DNA of 64,000 nt from Chitinophagales bacterium. Its GTDB lineage: Bacteria > Bacteroidota > Bacteroidia > Chitinophagales > CAIODY01. Each line of letters opens with the position of its first letter. The first letter of the stretch is position 1. Of the stretch, positions 58,549-64,000 are shown piece after piece. Both the position numbers and the translations under genes were made by a program. Location: the NCBI GenBank assembly GCA_947452995.1, contig CANGEV010000013.1:2033-66032 (forward strand), read 5' to 3'. The notes beneath the pieces were generated by a model. It did not search any database and was not told the DNA's origin. It saw only the letters and a list, made by a program, of their open reading frames with translations.

Positions 58549-60984
58549 TTAACGTTTAAACATCGGTTCTAAAATTGCCTGTTCACGTTCTGTCCACTTC
58601 GTTGCATGATAAACAGATTCAATATAGGTACGTCCTTCTGTTGTTTCCAAATAATGCTTCAGTACTGCATCCACAGGACCGCTCAAGCGCGTATTAAACG
58701 AACATTTGGCATCCAACAGATAAAGGAAATAATCAGCATCAAATACATGCAGACGCTTCAATGCTTCTGCTGCATTTCTTCTTGTTTGAAATTCATGAGC
58801 CGGGGAACAAAGACTGATCAAGGTATCACGGCACGCTGGGAATTCTTTTTCATTTGCAGCCAAACGCTCTAGCACTTTAATACGCAAACTATTCCCTACC
58901 CCACAAACACCTTCCTTACGGAGTTCTTGTAATACCTTTATAGTAGAATGCACATTTTCAACTTCCTGCAAACGATCTAGGGCAACACTTATTACAACAT
59001 AGGAAGAGTCCTTGCACATCGATTCAATTAAATCGATATTCTTCATAAGCGAAGGTCCGCTTAAATCAATATTTCGTATAGCTGCTTGACGAACTTCGCT
59101 GTATTGATCATGCATATAAAATGCTAAAGCTTCATTTGTCGCACGACTTGTATCCCCTTTCAACTGATTCATGATTTCTACTTTCACCGCATGGAAATGC
59201 TCGGCCTTTAACTGTGCCAAATAAGTAGCTCGTTTGAAAGATAAAGACGTGCTGCGCAAAGCAACAACCGCGTCATAACGATCGATCATATGCTGAGCCA
59301 ACATTACTTGTAAAAGCCATTCTTCATCAGTATTGTGAATGATTGTCTTCTTTAAAATGTAAGAGCCTGGATCAAATAAAACGAAGGACACTTGTTTGTT
59401 TTTCAGATTAGGAATCTCAAATATTTCACGTGCTTCATCAATCCATACTATAACGGAGTCGTAGCTCTTATCAGCATACACCACTTCAACATCAATTGGC
59501 ATTTTAAATAAACCTACTCCGTCTTTGAGTTCCTGTTTTTGTTCGACAGTAACTTGCGTTGTATAACGGCCATCGAGCTGCACCATTTGCTTGTGACTCA
59601 CTTCATATTTAGGTTCGCCACCATTATAAAGCCACTCATTGAAAAACCAATCAGGCACAATACCTAAAGTATCTTGAAAGGCTTGATACAAATCGTTCGT
59701 TTCAACATTACTATACGGATGATGCGCGAGATAATAATGAATGACACGTTTCCACGACTCTTCTCCGTAAACATAATTCAGCATATCAATTACAGCAGAA
59801 CCCTTTTGATAAATGCGTGCAGTACCAGGACTAGGATGCACAACCGGTAGCTGATTATTTTCTGCAAGTGAAAGTGCGGCACGATGCTCGTTACGACGAT
59901 TCCATTCATAATAATCCCGTCCGTATAATTGACGGGTGAAAATTTTTGGATAATAGGTTGCATAACTTTCCTGCAACCAAATTTGCTTCCAACTCCGACC
60001 AGTTACATAATCCCCAAACCACTGATGGGTTAGTTCGTGTGCATCCACACCGATATAGGTATTATCAATGGCACCCCGCGCATCATTTTGTATAAAGTCG
60101 CCAAATATCGTCGCAGTAGTATTTTCCATCGCACCATACATAAAATCCTGCACAGGTATCTGACTATAACTTTCCCATGGATAATGCATACCTGTTTGTT
60201 CTTCCATAAAATCGATAGCTTCGGTCGCATATTGATAGGTAGGCTTCACACGATCCGCTTGATCAGGATAATAATACAAATGCACTGGCACACCTGATTT
60301 GGTATAGCGATGTTCGATTTTATATTCTCCAATACCCAACATAATTAAATAGGTACTATGGGGATGTTGCATGCGATAGTGCCAATGTCTCATTCCCGAT
60401 TTATCTGTTTTAGCAGAGAGTAATGTACCATTTGATAATACTTCATAGGCTGCTGGAAAATGAATGATCGTCTCCGTTATCATCTTATCGTTGAGGCCAT
60501 CATACATCGGTATCCAATGGCGATTGTCTTCACCTTCACCTTGCGTCCAAATCTGCTTACGCCCACCCTGCTTAGGTTTCCAGCCGATGAAATAAATTCC
60601 TTTGCGTGGCGTGCAATGATATTGAATGAAGATAGAGTCTTTACAGCCCACACGAAGTTTCGCAGGGAATTGCAATACAATGCCTGTTGCGGAGGCGATG
60701 TATGGTAGTGCCTTGCCATGATACAACACCTTTTCATACTGCATATCTATCCCATGAAGAAACAGCGTATCTGTTGCTTGTAAGGTTGTAAAATAGTGTG
60801 TCACCTCACCATTGACAATGCCTTCTGCCAATTGAAACGACACTTCGAGTTTTAGTCGTGTAAAATCTACTGGATGTGCATAGGGTTCGCCAATGGTAGT
60901 TTGGATGAATGATTGTGCGTAAGTAGTAGAAGTTGCCAATGCCAAAAAAGCAACAACGAGGATTCGGTGTAGGTACGTTTGCAT
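58549..60984 (-). CDS. M1 family aminopeptidase with HEAT-like C-terminus
   Basis: GAMEN, HELTH-X18-E, IYQKGS; signal peptide. Confidence 0.93.
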   Translation of the reverse strand: MQTYLHRILVVAFLALATSTTYAQSFIQTTIGEPYAHPVDFTRLKLEVSFQLAEGIVNGEVTHYFTTLQATDTLFLHGIDMQYEKVLYHGKALPYIASATGIVLQFPAKLRVGCKDSIFIQYHCTPRKGIYFIGWKPKQGGRKQIWTQGEGEDNRHWIPMYDGLNDKMITETIIHFPAAYEVLSNGTLLSAKTDKSGMRHWHYRMQHPHSTYLIMLGIGEYKIEHRYTKSGVPVHLYYYPDQADRVKPTYQYATEAIDFMEEQTGMHYPWESYSQIPVQDFMYGAMENTTATIFGDFIQNDARGAIDNTYIGVDAHELTHQWFGDYVTGRSWKQIWLQESYATYYPKIFTRQLYGRDYYEWNRRNEHRAALSLAENNQLPVVHPSPGTARIYQKGSAVIDMLNYVYGEESWKRVIHYYLAHHPYSNVETNDLYQAFQDTLGIVPDWFFNEWLYNGGEPKYEVSHKQMVQLDGRYTTQVTVEQKQELKDGVGLFKMPIDVEVVYADKSYDSVIVWIDEAREIFEIPNLKNKQVSFVLFDPGSYILKKTIIHNTDEEWLLQVMLAQHMIDRYDAVVALRSTSLSFKRATYLAQLKAEHFHAVKVEIMNQLKGDTSRATNEALAFYMHDQYSEVRQAAIRNIDLSGPSLMKNIDLIESMCKDSSYVVISVALDRLQEVENVHSTIKVLQELRKEGVCGVGNSLRIKVLERLAANEKEFPACRDTLISLCSPAHEFQTRRNAAEALKRLHVFDADYFLYLLDAKCSFNTRLSGPVDAVLKHYLETTEGRTYIESVYHATKWTEREQAILEPMFKR

Positions 60985-61010
60985 CTCTTAAAGATAATAA
61001 GCTAGTGGAA

Positions 61011-63821
61011 TTAATTAAGCTTGAAGACCTGAGATTTAAATTGAAGTTTTTTGTTGCGGTCGAAAATCAGCACACAATATACCCCGCTTTGAAATTCACT
61101 TAAATCAATATTCAAGGTAGGTTCATTCAAGCGGCCACTCAGAACGACATTTCCAACAACATCCTGCACCACATAATACCACGCATGCTTGTCACATTCT
61201 ACTCGAATTTTTCCGTTGGTTAGATTTGGAAATAGGCGACAACTCTGCGGTTCATTCAAGCGGTTTATTTCAGTGGAGATGCTATAAACCGATGATGTAT
61301 CAATACAATGATGAAGCGTATCCTGAATAATCAGAAAATAAGGGTGAGCAGAATTTACGATTGCATTATAGTGTAGCGTATCATTTGTACTTAATACAAT
61401 ACCACTTACTGCATCTTGCCATTGATAGGTACAAAAGGCTTGCAAATTAGTTATTGCGAAACTAGAATATCGATAAATAATTGTATCTCTGGGCGATAGG
61501 GCGACTTGGTAAACAGTGGTAACAATTGAATCACAGCCAAAAGTATTGCGTAATGTATCACTATAATTATTTATTGGAGCACCAAAGCAAACATATTCTT
61601 GAATTTGCAATCCCATAGCTGAATCAACTTTCAAATTAATCGTGATAAGCGAATCACAGCCCCATTTAGAATATAAAGTATCGAAATAAACACCGGCATA
61701 CGTATAGTTTTTTGAATGATAGACAAAACTATTACCAGCGCAAATCCGTGCATTTATAGATGTATTCGTGTGTGGATGAATAGTCAAATTGGTAATTACA
61801 ATTGAATCACAACCCAGATAGCTAGAAAGCGTATCATGATAAATGCCCGTCTGCGTATAATAATGTTGCCCTACTATGACATAAGCTCCATTACATAAAT
61901 CGATTACTTGACTAACAATTTGCGGTACAGCATTCACGAAAAGTTGTAAGGTCAGAAAAGAATCACAACCATGATAATTTACGAGCGTATCATAATAGGT
62001 ACCGGAATTATGGAGATTCATGCCATTAAACCAATAATTCTGATTCGCACAAATGCTTATGCTGAAGGCATGGGAGGAGGAAGGAAGCGCATTATAGCTT
62101 AGAGAGAGAATTGAATCGCAGCCTACATAGTTTTGTAAAGTATCTTTAAAAACACCAGATTGATGATATAAAATGCCATTAAAGAAAACACCTTGCGAAG
62201 CACAATTTTGGTAATAGATAGTGTGTGAGGAGGTCGGAAGAATAGTCAGGTAAAGTGTTTCAAGAGAATCACAACCTACATAGTTTACACCATAATAATA
62301 ATACGTTCCTGAGGTGGTGTAATTGGTTGCATGCCAAAGATATCTTCCACAGGCTGTTTGAGTGGTATTGGAGGTAGAAGGATTACAAGGTGATAATTTT
62401 TCTAAGAATGCGTCATCATTTAATGCCATTAGATTATATACGCCGGCCCCGGCATTAAAGTCGACCAGCTGTTCAAAAAAACCGCCCACGAAAATATTTC
62501 CACTATTATCTGCTGCAATGCTATTGCCCCAATCATCAGCTGCTCCGCCGAACGACTTAACCCACTGCACATTTCCAGAAGTATCTGCACTGAAAAAGAA
62601 AACATCGCGACTACCATTTGATATGCGTTTCAATGAAGGATTTTGCGAATTAAACAAAACAGTATCTTGAAAATACCCCGTTACGAGCAAGCTATTTCCC
62701 GACGTCGTGAGAAGGTTATTAATTAATTCTTGACCAGTACCACCATATCTTTGGTACCAATTCAAATTACCGTATTTACTTATATTAACTAACAATGCGT
62801 CATTATTTCCCAACGACGAGATAGTACTATTGCCTATACTCAGGTTGCTTTGAAAAAAGCCACCACTTAATACTTCATCCTTCGCATTCACAGTTATGGA
62901 TAATGCGCTTTCAAATGAAGGGCTACCACAAGTTTGTATCCATTGAAATTGCGCATTTGAATCCAAACCTAAAACAAACCAATCACTGTTTCCATGATTC
63001 GTTGCTAGTGAGGTTGAAGCGCCTGGGTCGAAGTCGACATTATTTTCAAAATATCCAGCGATGCGGATATTGTTTTTACTATCACATATTATAGAGTTCC
63101 CATCCTGCTGCCCACTTGCACCAATCGATATTGCCCAGTCACAATTACTATTTGCACTATTCCATTTTAACACAAAGATATCGTCCCCACCGAGCGATGT
63201 CAGATTCTTTAAATTAGGGATACTCCCGCCATACGTCATCGTTTGTTGAAAATAACCAGTAGCAACTAATTTAGCAGATTGATCGACCGTGATACCATTT
63301 ACAGCATCGTCATTTATTCCTCCAAGATGTAATGCATTCAAATAGTTCGCATTCAAATCCATTGCAATGATATAAAGATCTGTGCTACCCTTGCTTACTT
63401 GTTTATTAATGCCAGCACCCGGATCTAAATCAATAGAATCTGAAAAACAACCGCCCACAAACAAGCGATTATTGACTTTGTCTAAAGCACAACAATAAGC
63501 GACATCATCGCCAGGACCAGAAAGTTGTCGAGCCCAAACAAAGCCACCATTTGCTGAAAGCTTTAGGATGAAAGCATCATTGATACCTTGAGCAGTTAGC
63601 ATATACACCCCAACACCAGGATCAAAGTCGACACTACCAGAAAAATAGCCGCAAGCATAGGTATTGCCTGCATTATCAACTTGAATCGACTGTATATATT
63701 CATTAAGACTACCTGTGGTATGTTTTGCCCAATTAAACTTTGCGTTCGTTTGACAAAAAGATTGGTTGAAATGGCATAGCCAAAAGAGAACTATAAAAAC
63801 GTATAATTTTAATAAACGCAT
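61011..63821 (-). CDS. T9SS type A cargo: SBBP-like propeller + six GCDS repeats + CTD
   Basis: Signal peptide from ATG 63821; VDNAGNTYACGYF / DFDPG repeats; six GCDS motifs; C-terminal LFPN...IDLSEFQSGVYCV. Confidence 0.85.
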   Translation of the reverse strand: MRLLKLYVFIVLFWLCHFNQSFCQTNAKFNWAKHTTGSLNEYIQSIQVDNAGNTYACGYFSGSVDFDPGVGVYMLTAQGINDAFILKLSANGGFVWARQLSGPGDDVAYCCALDKVNNRLFVGGCFSDSIDLDPGAGINKQVSKGSTDLYIIAMDLNANYLNALHLGGINDDAVNGITVDQSAKLVATGYFQQTMTYGGSIPNLKNLTSLGGDDIFVLKWNSANSNCDWAISIGASGQQDGNSIICDSKNNIRIAGYFENNVDFDPGASTSLATNHGNSDWFVLGLDSNAQFQWIQTCGSPSFESALSITVNAKDEVLSGGFFQSNLSIGNSTISSLGNNDALLVNISKYGNLNWYQRYGGTGQELINNLLTTSGNSLLVTGYFQDTVLFNSQNPSLKRISNGSRDVFFFSADTSGNVQWVKSFGGAADDWGNSIAADNSGNIFVGGFFEQLVDFNAGAGVYNLMALNDDAFLEKLSPCNPSTSNTTQTACGRYLWHATNYTTSGTYYYYGVNYVGCDSLETLYLTILPTSSHTIYYQNCASQGVFFNGILYHQSGVFKDTLQNYVGCDSILSLSYNALPSSSHAFSISICANQNYWFNGMNLHNSGTYYDTLVNYHGCDSFLTLQLFVNAVPQIVSQVIDLCNGAYVIVGQHYYTQTGIYHDTLSSYLGCDSIVITNLTIHPHTNTSINARICAGNSFVYHSKNYTYAGVYFDTLYSKWGCDSLITINLKVDSAMGLQIQEYVCFGAPINNYSDTLRNTFGCDSIVTTVYQVALSPRDTIIYRYSSFAITNLQAFCTYQWQDAVSGIVLSTNDTLHYNAIVNSAHPYFLIIQDTLHHCIDTSSVYSISTEINRLNEPQSCRLFPNLTNGKIRVECDKHAWYYVVQDVVGNVVLSGRLNEPTLNIDLSEFQSGVYCVLIFDRNKKLQFKSQVFKLN

Positions 63822-63876
63822 AATTTTACCAAGTTTGAATACATTAAAAATAATAAATATTCTTTGGGGTAAAGGC

Positions 63877-63961
63877 AAAAAAAATCCGTCTGTACAACCA
63901 CATACGGACGGATTTCTAACTTGGGTTTTGTTTCGGCGGTTAGCCTCAGGGTGCAAAGATA
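63877..63961 (-). ncRNA. Candidate ~70-nt small RNA or attenuator leader
   Basis: -7 box TATCTTTG (63961-63954), CTAAC/GTTAG stem, then a 13-bp terminator stem with one mismatch and a U tract. Confidence 0.45.
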
Positions 63962-64000
63962 ATACTTTTTCTCGTTTTTAGAATAATTCCACTTAAAATA

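Noticed and set aside
8236-60984. Four metallopeptidases (M3, M28, M32, M1) as one system
   Set aside because: They are unlinked, on different strands, and ordinary for proteolytic Bacteroidota.
63916-63950. c-di-GMP-I riboswitch (GGCTAACC..GAAA resemblance)
   Set aside because: The GAAA is not closed by a stem, and the GCAAA/receptor elements are absent.
63822-63956. N-terminal extensions given by the ORF track (also for grpE, PorP, ccmF, aspS and M32)
   Set aside because: The extensions run through promoter boxes or terminators. Downstream ATGs give proper signal peptides or conserved N-termini.

Overview
Gene-dense chromosomal window of a free-living Bacteroidota, probably Chitinophagia/Saprospiria-like. 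The assignment rests on T9SS PorP/PorE-like genes, gldC, plsX, an MGS-less carB and many TAnnTTTG -7 promoter boxes. Most of the roughly 50 CDSs are housekeeping or envelope genes (prfA partial, grpE-dnaJ, mscL, priA, ccmF, coaD, clpB, carB, mfd, plsX-rpmF-yceD, rodA, aspS, murA, lptC, four metallopeptidases). I found no rRNA, tRNA, CRISPR array, integrase or transposase. Best leads: (1) a plcP-like phosphoesterase / MJ1255-family glycosyltransferase / cytoplasmic GH1 operon behind Pho-box-like repeats, a candidate phospholipid-to-glycolipid remodelling system; (2) a ~2.3 kb AT-rich islet (HigBA plus two orphan genes) bounded by 41-bp direct repeats; (3) a family of TCCCGA..TCGGGA mini-palindromes embedded in heptamer arrays that supply the 3' ends of mscL and mfd; (4) sigma54-type promoters with GACA-N3-TGTC sites in front of grpE-dnaJ and clpB; (5) two candidate structured RNAs; (6) local G-to-C skew switches near these sites. 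All functional calls come from reading motifs by eye. No database searches were run.
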